DNA of 64,000 nt from Phoronis australis (lineage: Eukaryota; Animalia; Phoronida). A program made the position numbers and the translations under genes. Position 1 is the stretch's first letter. Each line of letters opens with the position of its first letter. Positions 52,401-64,000 of the stretch are shown here, one piece after another. The stretch is taken from positions 286,204 through 350,203 of the forward strand of contig NMRA01000134.1 in the NCBI GenBank assembly GCA_002633005.1, given 5' to 3'. Under the pieces are notes generated by a model, which saw only the letters and a list, made by a program, of their open reading frames with translations, was not told where the DNA came from and did no database searches.

Positions 52401-52560
52401 TAAACATACTCCAGGCGAGGAGATTTTAAACTTTAAAACAAGAACAGAATGATCTGGTGCTTTATATCTCGACCCAATCAATGCGTGGATATCTAACGTA
52501 TTAATAATATGAGAGGTCTTATTGGACTATTTGTGCACCTGACTGATAACACCAGACCAA
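49480..52560 (-). mobile_element. 5'-truncated, decayed CR1-group LINE (end of APE, RT, 3' tail)
   Basis: Motifs PDHSVL, WNSEL, NPKDFW, KAKNNKAVGYD, GISLLS, GFRQ..LS.TFFALYINDL, LYADN and YKYLG, followed by AATAAA and a (TACA)-like tail near 49480-49530. Many stops and frameshifts. Confidence 0.85.
50807..50977. repeat. Perfect 27-bp minisatellite x6 spanning the RT catalytic motif
   Basis: (aatattgtcagcataaagaggcattga)6 plus aatattgtc. Translates on - as (ISMPLYADN)6. Confidence 0.95.
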
Positions 52561-52627
52561 GATGGACAAGGTCTTTGAACTTGGCAGTGGCACAATTTTA
52601 AGGAATATGGTTGGTCATTGGCAATGT

Positions 52628-52670
52628 ATTATTGTTGTTGTTGTTATTATTACTATTATTATTATTATTA

Positions 52671-52719
<49 letters not shown>
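52628..52719. repeat. (ATT/GTT)n microsatellite
   Basis: Directly visible, ending about 30 nt upstream of a TnT acceptor. Confidence 0.95.
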
Positions 52720-52751
52720 GCACTGCACTGAGTGTCAGCAATCTCTTCTAG

Positions 52752-52898
52752 GCAGAAAAGAAACGTGAGAAAGAGGCTTTGGAGCAACAGCGGAAAGAAG
52801 AACGTGAGCGAAAGAGGCTGGAAGAGGAGGAGAGAAAGCAGAAGATTGGCAGGCCGAACTATGTCATTGTAAAGAAAACGAGGAATAATGAAGAAAAT
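52752..52898 (+). CDS. TnT: Troponin T-like exon (AEKKREKEALEQQRKEERERKRLEEEERKQKIGRPNYVIVKKTRNNEEN)
   Basis: ttctAG / GTGAGA boundaries, 147 nt, phase 0-0. PNYVIVKK corresponds to the invertebrate TnT PNF.I.KK motif. Confidence 0.88.
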
Positions 52899-54130
52899 GT
52901 GAGAACGAATTTTTATTTTGCAAAATTTTCACTGATATTTTGCATTTGTTTGGTATACTACCCAGGATGTTTAATTTGTACTTGAAAGTGTTGTTCATAA
53001 GTTCAGAACATGTAGTAGCTGAACCTTACATCTGCTTCATTGTACTACAAACTGATTTGGTTATTATAACTTCTTTATTTGATATCAAATCTCACCTTAT
53101 CGCTTCCAGACTTTTGTGTGCAGCTGCTGGTTTCGTTTAATCTGAGTTTTTTAGAATCTGTTCGTCTGCATTGAAAGGCATAATAATATTCAAACGGTGT
53201 ATTGGACATGATAACCCCTGCACGCTGCTGCCACCTGGGGGAATAATTAGACATGCCCATTGCTTGTTGTTGTCTGTCTGTCTGGCACCAACTATCAAAT
53301 CCTAGTGATAACCTTTTGCACTTCATTAAAATTCCTGTCGGTTAAAAATTTCTCAGCTAGCCATTTTGTGTTCCTTCATGTCTGAGTTTGGGCTATTTTT
53401 ATGACTTCCTGCCTGTAGTTGTTAAGTGGTATTAAATATTTAACTGATCTCTGACTCATTAGCTGCAGAGCAGCTGACATGCACGCTTCTGTTACTACTA
53501 TTTTTGAAGGGAAAAACTAATGTCATTGCCCCAGTTTATGACAGAATGCCGACTGGTGAGGGTTCAACGTTTTGCGGACAAATACAGCTTTTAGTCTGTA
53601 TAAATTTTAAAAAAATACTTTGTATTATTTGGTACAAGTCTTGCTGTATTTTATACAACTTTGTACTTTTTAACATTGTATATTATTTTAAAATTCAATT
53701 TTAATTGTATAACAATGATATTTTGCTTTAAGAGCATTGTATTGTTGTTTATTTTAGGCATTACTAGGAGGTAACACAAACCTGTGTCTTGTTACAGTAA
53801 CTGATTGATGAATTAGTTCAAGTATGATGTTCAATCCTTCATTCACTTTGAGTGACACATGTGGGCCAGTCTGTCTGGTAGGGAGTGCACTGTTTAACCA
53901 ATCTTTGGTTTGTTGTCCTTCCTTGGAAGAGGGAGATTATCTCCCTGAGGTATTTCCCAACAGTTGCATAATGTCAGCAGACTAGAGATGGTATTAGTAC
54001 TTGTAGACAAATATTGCAGTCTCATTCTGAGTCAAAGTTAACCATACTGTGAGTTCTGACTATACAGAACAGGGACTTTGTTAAAAACCCTAGGATACAC
54101 TTGCCAATTTTGGACTTGCACAAGTAGTAG

Positions 54131-54298
54131 TTTTGCCCAATTATTTTTTATTTTGCCCATATTATTTATTTTGCCCATATTATTTATTTTGCCCATATTA
54201 TTTATTTTGCCCAATTATTTTTTATTTTGCCCATATTATTTATTTTGCCCAATTATTTTTTATTTTGCCCAATTATTTATTTTGCCCATATTATTTAT
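54131..54298. repeat. 19-21-bp minisatellite (ttttgccca(t/a)attatttat), about 8 copies
   Basis: Directly visible. Confidence 0.85.
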
Positions 54299-57200
54299 AA
54301 GCTTCCCACCTTTTACACTATTTTTCTCCTGAATCATGAATCACAACTGGCCTCCCCCCTGTAAGGCAAAATTTGTTGTGGTTATACAGTGTTACCCTGA
54401 GGCTGTTTTTATGTTATTTAAGCTGAAAGCGATTTATACTGGGTTCATGGGTGAGTTACCTCGGATGCGATAAAAACCAACTAAAATAGTTCCCACCATG
54501 TATTTTCTTAGTTTTTGAGGTTTTAATTAGTTAATATGCAATAAATACCATAAAATCTACCTAAATAAGCACTTTTGATGCCAAATAGTTGAATTTTTTT
54601 TTAATTTTGAAGAAAAAATAGTTATCTCCAAGTTTTCCCCGCCATATGATGTAATGGGTGGAAAACGTTTGGTCACTTGACAATCAATTGCAATGGTGAA
54701 ATGCAGCAGATCAGAAGACGAGGACGATTTTGAGTGAGAACTGGACAATTAGTATGCTAACAGGGGAGAGAGTGGATATGGGCATCACACTCAAGTACTT
54801 GAAGAATGAGACAGTGAATTGATTTCCCATTTAGCAAACTTTCCTGGGCATTGAGGCCACAACCCACTTGCAAAAGACATGCTGCAGACATATATGAGCC
54901 ACAACCAACTGAACCAAGGGGTGGTCCATATCCTCCAATTTGAAACTTAATAATCTCTGATGACAAAGGCTACATTAAACCTGGGTCATGCTATTGCCAT
55001 GATGGAATGAACATGGTCTAAACATAATGCATACAGGTGTTGTATCACTCGATCTGGGCCAGGACCGAGAGCCTGACATCATTCACCCTAGAATGCAGAC
55101 AGTTTCATCATTATTTATAAAATTTTCAAATGCACTTACAAGGCGGCTTGTCCTTCATCGTAATGCCGCTGTTGTGTTTGTTCGAAACACAATTACTTGA
55201 AATGTGCCGCTCAAAGTGTGGCTCACAATTAAATCGTGTGTTCCACACTGACATTCCAGGCTCTCGTGTGGTACACAAACTGATGCCATATCTGTACAAT
55301 GTTCACGTATTTAGGAAATTTAAACAAAGAGGCATTCTCAGTGAAGCTGCTATTGCTACAGCCTCTACAAACACACCTTTTCATGTCTGAAAAAGATTTT
55401 CCTCACAACTCCTCAGTATCGCACTGGTAAAAGAACAATGGTGGAGACGGTCTTCCACGCATTGCGTACAACTTCGATAACAGAAAAATATTTTAAAAAA
55501 ATTTTTGGCATGTTTCTTAGCAATGGGTATACTAAAGGCTATTAAATCTCTTAAGATCTATTAATAAAATTCTTTTTGAGACACATTGTCATGGTGGGTT
55601 CATTTCTTGGTTATCTCCTCATATTTTCCCCCAGATTCACCTCATTTTCCATTGATGCAAAGTTACGCTCCCACACTGTGGGATGAGTATCCTGATTTCA
55701 TTGATTGGCTACTCCACAGGATACAGCTGTGTCATTGTCAGTTTGACATAGTCCAGCTCTCTCATTGTCTGCCTTCTGCTGATACCCTCACATATTGCAG
55801 CAATTATGTTGTAAACAGCATGCCTGCCGCTAACCCATATTCAAAAATACTATTCCAAATGACGTTCAGCAAATGTCTTTTGAAGATGTGTTTTTTATGA
55901 AATACTATCACCAAAAAACTTCGAATGGAGAAAAACGGTTGACTTTCAGAGAAATTAGACTTAACTTTCAAATGGTGATTTCTTTGTGTGACTTAAAGCA
56001 CTGACCCGTTTATTACCACAACATTGTGTACCAACACAACGGCTTGTTTATCAAGTTTAATCGAAAATGATTTTGATATTATGTTGGAAATTTCTTGGTG
56101 TTTGGAATGGTACTCCATCAAGTGTGTTAAAATCATAAACTTTTTCTCTTCCAAAAAACAATGTCAGCTTCTGATTAGTTATCACTGACTGAAAAATGTA
56201 CTGTAATATGTTCTTATATGTTAAACATGAGGTTGGTCATACACCAAAGAATGTTTTTATTTTAATGTATTTGATGAGAATGGAAAGATTATGTTTTGCA
56301 GTTACGTATATTTGGTTTCCCCACTTATCAATAAACTTAAACTGCTCATTTTCCTATGCTCTGACCATATTCTTTCCCTAAATTTTCTCTTTCTGTTGTT
56401 GAAGATAATTCTTCCCCCAATGGCACCAGGCATATCAATGAAGATCAAGTTGATACCCAAGTCAAAACATTACTTTGTCATCATGTGCCTTATCTTGGAC
56501 TTGAACTGCTGGCAAGCTAACACCCCTCATCTCCTACAATGAACTGTGCCTGCTGACTGCAATCTGAGATGATGACTAGAACCATCTGTGAGACAGCTAT
56601 CCTCTCCACTCAGGCTTGTCTGTTTACATACGAAATGCTGCTTCCCAAATTAGCTGGCCAACATTCTCTGTATAGCACTTTCCATATATGGCTCTACTGG
56701 GCTCACTGTATGACTGACTGTAGTCAACTGGCTTCTTGCAGTGAAGCAGGGTTTGGCTCGGTTTTCGTGAACTTTTTCTGCAAGAGGCAGCTTAGTCTAT
56801 CCACAGTTTCGGCAAGATGAGTTCTGTGAGTATATACACAATGAAACAACATGGTTGTATACTGATGTCAGTTTATGGTAGCCAAGAGTTGTGCTATGAA
56901 GTGATAGTGTTATTTGTGATCAGTGGATGTCATGGTTAATTCCTGTAAGAATTAGTTTTATACCAACATGGCTGTCACCACATGATGCAGAAGGTTGTGT
57001 GATATCTCATCATGCATGTAGCTGTTGCCTGATATCTAAGCATGGTGCTACATGTTTTCCACTGATGTATTACTTGATTCCTTTGTTTCTATTTTGCAAG
57101 AGATTTTATAAAATTGTGTTTGTAGTAACTGTGGGGGGGGGGGTGGCGTACAATGTCCTGGATTCATTCTTCCTTACCTTTTCTTGTTACTATCGCAGTA

Positions 57201-58425
57201 TGGCACTATGTTTCTGTTACTATGGCATTAAATTCATCATTTAGTTTTGCAAATTCCCACTAACTTTGGGTCAGCATGTATTTGAAGGTCATACCACAAA
57301 GTTAGTCAGTGTGAAGACTGTCAAAATCAACTTGTGTTCTCAAAGTAAAATAACTCTCTGTGGATTGACGCATTCACATTTTTAACGATAGTCTGCATTG
57401 TAATGAATTTTTTTACCAGTTGTCTCATTGTGTTTTCAGTTAAGAATTATTGACATAAAACAGCTAGGCAGGTCACAACAGAGGTATTGATCAATATACA
57501 AATGATAATTTATGGTAATGATATATATTCTTGCACAAATTTTCATGGACGTCTTTAAGCTTAAAAGCTTTTTTTAAATGACACATTGTTAATAATGTTG
57601 TCCTCATTTGAACTCTCCAACTCATGTTAAGAAATGCTTTATAGGGTTGACCCAGTTTCACGAAAATGTCAGACAAGTCAAATTGTACGTCCTCATATAT
57701 TTACTGCATGACATTGTGTAGCAGTAAAACTTTGTTGGCTGGATCTTGAAATTGAGTTGCAAATCTGTTCCAAGAGTAGGAAATGGATGACCAGCAGCAT
57801 AAAAACGATTTAGTCATCTTGCTAGACAATCAGTTGTCACCTCAACTAAAGCTGAGCAGATGCATACTTTGATTTCAACGACTTGAAGTATCATCAAATG
57901 ATAGTAAAGCATTATTCCTAAAAATAATTGCAGGAGGTCTGGTACAGGTTGTACCAGGCATGCACACACGCAGCTCAGGTAGTTCCCACTTGGAACCATG
58001 ATTCTTATGCATAATTATTAGTACCGTATATTGTTAAAACTGAGCTGAGGAGCTGACTAGAGGGTCTAGCAGTGTGCCCCAGTGAGACTCGAGTCCACGA
58101 CCTTGAATAAAGGAAGAAGACAAACTTGCCTCCTCTTAGCTTGTTTGTATGATTTGCAAGTAATACTAAAACAACATGCCACACTGCTCATATCAGTATT
58201 ACTCACTAAATGTAAACGAGTTTTGCTGTGTTACTCATATCAAATCTTGTCATAGGTTCTTCTCAATAAGTTTTTGGGTTCTACATAATATTATATGTGA
58301 AATCATCCTTTTTAATGTCTTGGCACTTCTTGAACATTTAGCTTACATGCACGAAATTAAGCTATGTTGAACCCTCACTTCCCATTCAGATACATAGTGC
58401 CCCATATGCTGCTCCTGTTGAAAGT

Positions 58426-58895
58426 CAAGGTACCTACACTAGTCGGTTAACGGACTCATAAACTCGGTCACGGATGCATGAACACGACTCACGTACATGC
58501 AAACACCGTTCACTAACTCACAAACACGGGAACGGACTCACAAAACACAATCCATTCACCGAAATACACGGGACACTGACTCAATTCACAATTAAGAAAC
58601 ACGGTTAATGGACCAGAAAACACGGTTCACTACTTCGATAAAGCATGCCATAAACACGGGTCACGGACTCATCGGCTTCCTGGGTCAGCTGACACCTACA
58701 TTTGTCCGTAAACCGTGTTTGGCAGTCCGTTAACCGTGTTTCTTCGTGAATGTGAGTCCGTGTCCCGTGTATTTCGGTGAATGGATCGTGTTTTGTGAGT
58801 CCGTTCCCGTGTTGTGAGTCAGTGAACGGTGTTTACAGGTACTTGAGTCGTGATCGTGTTTATGAGTCCGTTAACCGTGTAGTTTAGGTGCCTTG
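58426..58895. mobile_element. Foldback MITE with perfect 5-bp TSD AAAGT
   Basis: Ends CAAGG(T/C)ACCTA(C/A)ACTA. Arms of about 200 bp are inverted and built from short acacgg/ggactca subrepeats. AAAGT on both flanks. Confidence 0.8.
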
Positions 58896-60513
58896 AAAGT
58901 GTACAGAGCCCATCCCTGATGTCTATATTCTGACCTCATCATAGACAAAGCTCCATCCCCGTCCAGGTTGACCTCTTGGTGAGGTCAGCATGAACAGTGC
59001 CCCATCCTTGTCCATTCTGACCTTTGGCTGGTCAGTTCTGCATCAGAGTGAATAGAACAACACCTTGTCCATTTTGACCTCTTGTTAGCTATAGTTCAGA
59101 TTCTGTTTGACCTGAAGAGCATGCCATTCGAACTGTCAGTCTGTTTATTATCTTAGCAGATGTTGTGTGTAAGTGCTCACCAGAATCATTACACCAGACT
59201 AATTAGGAGGGCACAGTGTCCCCGTTTGTGGGTTGGTTGTAACATGAAACTGCACCATTGAATAATAAACTTTTCACTACATCAGTTTGGCCAGATAAAA
59301 TGGTTTTGATTGTTATCAGATCATTTCAAATAATTCACCAAAATCAAGATTTCTGCAAATGGTCATTAAGTATCAAACTCTTATTTTGCGAAGTAGAATT
59401 GAAATCAGTACTCAAATTTCTTTGATTGACAGATTTTGTAGTTATCAAAGTTATCAAATACATCATTGTGCAATTGCTCAGAACTTGAACATGTTAAAGC
59501 TTATCTTGAATGGTAATACCTGTAAACTGGGTTACTATAGTTTAAGAGCATCGCTCGGAGTCCACTACTGCCATGAATTGCCAAATGTAACGAGTTGTTA
59601 ACTTGAGGCGTATTGGCTTGCTTTTGTGTACGTCATGGTGAGAATCACCTTTTAAGTCAAAGAGTTGCGAAGAGCACCCGAACGCAATGTACTTCCATTT
59701 AGACCTCTATTCAATACAACTGTTATCGGCATTTTGTTGCTTATGCTGGGATATCGGAATAACGCAACATGGCATGAAAACTGAAGGCAGCTTCACTTAT
59801 CATTTGACGGGCTTACACTTGCGTGATTAACTCGCGTTTTCTTATTTTACTAAGGATTTGCTAGGACTATCTGGTTAGCTCATAACAAAATTCCAAGTTA
59901 AGCTTTAAGGCATTAATTTGATGCTACATATCTTTCATTGAGAACAATGAGAAAATAATATTTCTATTGGTGAGATTTTATCGTTTATGTGGATCAAAAC
60001 GGGATAAACCTAACGGTAAACTGTGATTTTGTGGTGAAGGGAAAACCCTGGTCATACGGGTAATGTATAGGTGACCGCCACAATCATCTCAACTTTTAAC
60101 ACTTTTATTGGGGCCATGTACAATGCTGTCTTTAAAAATCCCTGTTTTTGTTTTGAATAGGATTTATTATGTCTGAGAAGTAACATTCTTTTTTGGTGGT
60201 TGTGACTAGATTCAATACTGCAGACTTGGTTTGATGATGGCAATTTTGACTTGAACTGCATGGCATTTTAAAATGACTTGGATTGAAAGGTAAACTTCAG
60301 TAAATGTACTTAGTCTTTGGATGATGTGTGTGTTGACTACACAGTATGTGTTACATTAGTTGAGCTTGAATTAGAAAGATGGCAAAATGATCACCAGAAA
60401 ATATTTATAGCATGGTGTTGAGTTGTAAAAATACTGCAGGTGTAAGCAATCTCTCTATATGGTGTAATGTAATTTGACAATCAAAATCATGTCTGTCCTG
60501 TTTTCTGTTTCAG

Positions 60514-60735
60514 ATGGATAATGTTGTCAAGGCCAAGGAAGACATGGCCAAGTCAAAGGAACAACTGGAAGCTGAGAAGAAAGCCATTCTCTCTCAACGG
60601 GTGGCACCACTGAACATTGCTGGCTTCGACACGGCTAAGCTGGCAGAAAAGGCAAAGGAAATCCACCAGGCTATTTGGAACCTGGAGAGTGAGAAGTATG
60701 ACTTGGAGCAGAGGTTCAAGAAACAACAGTTAGAG
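60514..60735 (+). CDS. TnT: Troponin T-like exon (conserved C-terminal coiled coil)
   Basis: KSKEQLEAEKKAILSQRVAPLNIAG...LAEKAKEIHQAIWNLESEKYDLEQRFKKQQ matches invertebrate TnT. tttcAG / GTGAGT boundaries, phase 0-0. Confidence 0.93.
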
Positions 60736-61595
60736 GTGAGTTGAGAAGGGGGTGCGAAGAACATGGTTAGCAAGTGCTTGAAGTGGTCAATACAAGAACC
60801 TGTAGGAGATCTGGAGCCTGGCCCTAGTTGCATAAAACTTTGTGACGTGTTCAGCAATATCGTCACACGTGCTCGTTGTCTTTGCTGTACAGTGTATTTT
60901 AGGACACCTTGGAAATAACGAAGAGTTAGAAATAACTATGGGAAGACTTGAAACAGAGGTTCAAAGTAGAATGATAAATGTAAGGAAAGAAGGGGTTGAG
61001 CAGACCAAAGTTTACTGTCCATACTGACTTTAACTCCCCAAAACATCAATCTAGTTCTTTGTTAAGTATTTCGGTGCTCATCTGCCAGGCTATACAACTC
61101 CCAGGCAATTAATTGTCTACCACAGTTCAAAAAGTTTTGAAAACCATTCATCAATGAACTGAAACTTAATGCATCTATTTTGGCTAATTTTTATTGTATT
61201 TCTTTGAGTAAAAATTATTCCAACTATACTTTTCATGAAGAATTTAATTTTGGAAGCCAAGCAGTTTGAAAAATCACCAGTTTTAGTCCATGATATATCA
61301 GTTTATGTTAGCCATTGGTTTATTGTTGTGTTGCTACTGCAGTAATTGTTCTACTATACACAATATAACCTTAGATCAGATTCCCTGATAAACAGATCTC
61401 TTGGCAACAGTGGAAATGTACAAATCTATTGATGAATTTCAAGGTGGTGGGAAAGGGCGGAGTTGGTAATTCAGGACCTGTTAAGTGAGAAGTGTGACTT
61501 ACGATATATTGTTCAAGATACAGTGTATGCCAAAGTGTGTCGTTGTAAAGGGGGAGGAGTGTTGTGTGTTCTAATGTTGTGCTGTCTGGTTACAG

Positions 61596-61636
61596 ATGAT
61601 GGACCTCAGTGAAAGAGCAAGACAAATGAACAAAGG
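61596..61636 (+). CDS. TnT: Troponin T-like exon (MMDLSERARQMNKG)
   Basis: tacAG / GTAAGT boundaries, phase 0-2. Continues the TnT L.ER.RQ motif. Confidence 0.85.
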
Positions 61637-62456
61637 GTAAGTGTTGTTAGGAGTATTATTTCACTTTGAGATTAGAGAATTGTTCGTGCATTGTTTCATG
61701 TAATACATCACAGATCCATTCAGCAGTACATTATCACAATTATGTGATTCTGTTTGCAGATTTCTGGATTAAACTTACATTACATTTGTTTAAAAAATTT
61801 CAAATATTACACACTGCACTTGCTGACGGATAAATATTTATAGTAAATTGTTAACACTTTTTGGTATATTATTTCAATATTCAGTTTTCATTCAGTGGTC
61901 ATGACAAGAATTCTCCTTTGACACCCTCACTGGTCAAGATTGGGCAGCTCATCTGCTTTGCACACCTCAAAATTTGCTGGTATTAACCAAAGACATCATG
62001 CTGTTATAGTTAATTACATTGCCTTAGGCTGCTGATGTTATCGTTCTCTAGGTAGTCAGACCCATCATAACCTCACTGGGGGCGACAATAGTATTTTTAA
62101 ATTTTTGTTTTGAAAGGTTTTAAATAGCATGTTTAAATACTTCATGAAAACTACAAACTGTGATTAGGTTTTTGAATTTTAAAATTGGACAAGAAATGTG
62201 ACTTTTAGAACCTATAAGGTTTGTATAATGCTGTCACAGTATGTCCCTTATAATTGGGCTAATTACCAAACGACCAGGCAGCAGTTGGATTTTGAGGTAA
62301 CCCAAATGTCATCGAACAATTTTTGACGTGGTACAAATATTGAGCTTGTACTTCTGAGTTCTCAGGTGTGGTGAAAGTTTAAAAAGTTTTCCAGAATGGA
62401 CTTCAGAAAATGTTCCTTTTCTACCTTTTACACATTGCGTTTTGTGTTTTCAACAG

Positions 62457-62495
62457 CGAAGATCAAAGGAGATCCGGCCATGGATCACGTACTCA
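62457..62495 (+). CDS. TnT: Troponin T-like 39-nt microexon (EDQRRSGHGSRTQ)
   Basis: Polypyrimidine tract, caacAG acceptor and GTAAGT donor; phase 2-2, in frame. Confidence 0.55.
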
Positions 62496-62594
62496 GTAAG
62501 TACAGTCGCAGCCTCGCAAAAACTCAGACTTATCTGGAATCTTATGTTTCACTGTTTTCTAATTTTCTTTTTGAATTGTTTCATCTGTAAATAG

Positions 62595-62621
62595 GAAGAA
62601 AAAGGGAGCGGCAGACTCTTC
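62595..62621 (+). CDS. TnT: Troponin T-like 27-nt microexon (KKKGAADS)
   Basis: aaatAG / GTAAGT boundaries, phase 2-2, in frame. Lys-rich like TnT tails. Confidence 0.55.
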
Positions 62622-63694
62622 GTAAGTAGTAACTTTGCATGATTTCTCCATCTTCAAACAGGCGTATGTTAGTTTGTCATCTGTTTGCAGTGTCACAGCA
62701 TGTTTGTATTGGATGTTTTGTATAGTAAGTTGGGTAGTGACCATAATAATATTGTGCTGCCTGTACTTTTGTGTCATTACCAGGCAATTATTTAAAATAT
62801 GTGGCATTTTTACTTTTTGAAAAATTTCGCAAACACTCTCTTGTGAAAATTAAATGGGCCCCATTTGTTCTGTAGATGCAAGAATTTCTCGAAAATGCAA
62901 GATCACACAATTCTGCGAGATATCGCCATGCATTACAAGTGAAACACAGTGTCACACTAGCTTTCCTCACCATTCATTGCCACGGAGGCTCGTGGTAATG
63001 AACTCTGGAATTTTTTATATTTCTACAATTATACACAAAACCGCCTTAGGCCTCACCAGACTTCTGTGATCTCACATGACTCAGACTAATCACTCATGTA
63101 TTCATTGCATCATCAACACAATAGCTGAAGTAGCATATTTGTAAAATATATGAACATGGCAATTAAAATAGTTATCGTTAATGCTCTTGCTTATTTTCTC
63201 ATTGCTTAGATAACAACACTATTATCAATGGAGGAAGAATACCTAAACAAGTTTGACCTGTTTGAATAGTGACTCGAAGTTGACGCTGAACTTGTCACAT
63301 CAGTATATGAAAAGTACTAATCGCAGGATTTTTTCATTTCAAGGCTGTTCCCAACTAAATTTTTGTTCTACTGTCAAATCTGGCAGCAACGTTCAGACAC
63401 AGGCTAGATCTTATTAATATTGCGGTTTGTAAGCTATGGTGCATTTGACGAGATTCATTTCTCGAAAGTCACACACTAACATTCCTGCATAGATCCTAAC
63501 AACCTCGCTATTCATACCAATTGTGAGGGCATCTTATGGAGATTCCTTGGCAATGTGTCTTTGTTCTGTAGAATGCAGGCCTGGTAACTTCAGTTCACAA
63601 TGAATACGCCGGGTAATCTCCTTGGATCCACATTTGTGGATGAATTTGACAGGATGTCACACATGGTCTATGCAAAATATGAAATGCAGTTACA

Positions 63695-63985
63695 GCAATA
63701 CACATGGTATATACAATAAACACATGGTATATACAATATACACATGGTATATACAATATACGCATGGTATATACAATACACGCATGGTATATACAATATA
63801 TGCATGGTATATACAATATACGCTTGGTATATACAATATACGCATGGTATATACAATATATGCATGGTATGTACAATATACACATGGTATATACAATATA
63901 CGCATGGTATATACAATATACACATGGTATATACAATATACACAATGTTGTTATGGACACTACACATGGTGTATACAATATATGG
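63695..63985. repeat. 20-bp minisatellite (catggtatatacaatata(ca/cg/tg)), about 13 copies
   Basis: Directly visible; explains the repetitive ORFs at 63595-63993. Confidence 0.95.
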
Positions 63986-64000
63986 AATGTTAATTTGTCC

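Noticed and set aside
54420-56000. Possible piggyBac-like remnant (acidic start, Cys-rich end)
   Set aside because: Too degenerate; no matching TTAA-flanked TIR pair found.
56700-56835. Extra TnT exon candidate ending TCT|GTGAGT
   Set aside because: No acceptor gives a convincing phase 0-0 TnT-like peptide.
60514-60744. Troponin I assignment for the EKYDLE-containing ORF
   Set aside because: KSKEQLEAEKK, PNYVIVKK and the upstream E/R/K-rich exons fit troponin T; no TnI inhibitory motif is seen.
63595-63993. Repetitive 77-127 aa ORFs on both strands
   Set aside because: By-products of the 20-bp minisatellite.

Overview
AT-rich, repeat-dense eukaryotic (invertebrate, probably lophotrochozoan/mollusc) scaffold with two N-gaps (3507-4105, 18564-18899). 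Two spliced host genes are supported, both on +. The first is a two-coding-exon GT92/DUF23 (GALT-1-like) glycosyltransferase (16776-22262, about 561 aa). The second is a troponin T-like gene with at least 8 coding exons (36625-62621) and a probable promoter near 28.7 kb, after which CpG becomes visibly depleted. The rest is largely nested transposons: an APE-type LINE whose endonuclease is preceded by an intact 2A/StopGo motif (LLLAGDVEENPGP); three THAP-bearing Kolobok-type elements; a pogo-like element with a C-terminal PHD finger; a Gmr1-like gypsy element (integrase upstream of RT) in the GT92 intron; MITEs with 5-, 8- and 9-bp TSDs; a Penelope-like palindrome; a Helentron-like element with CTCF-like motifs at about 147-bp spacing; and a dead LINE whose RT catalytic motif has expanded into a perfect 27-bp minisatellite. 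All family assignments come from motif recognition by eye, not from database searches. I found no clearly unprecedented system; the best leads are ranked in the findings.
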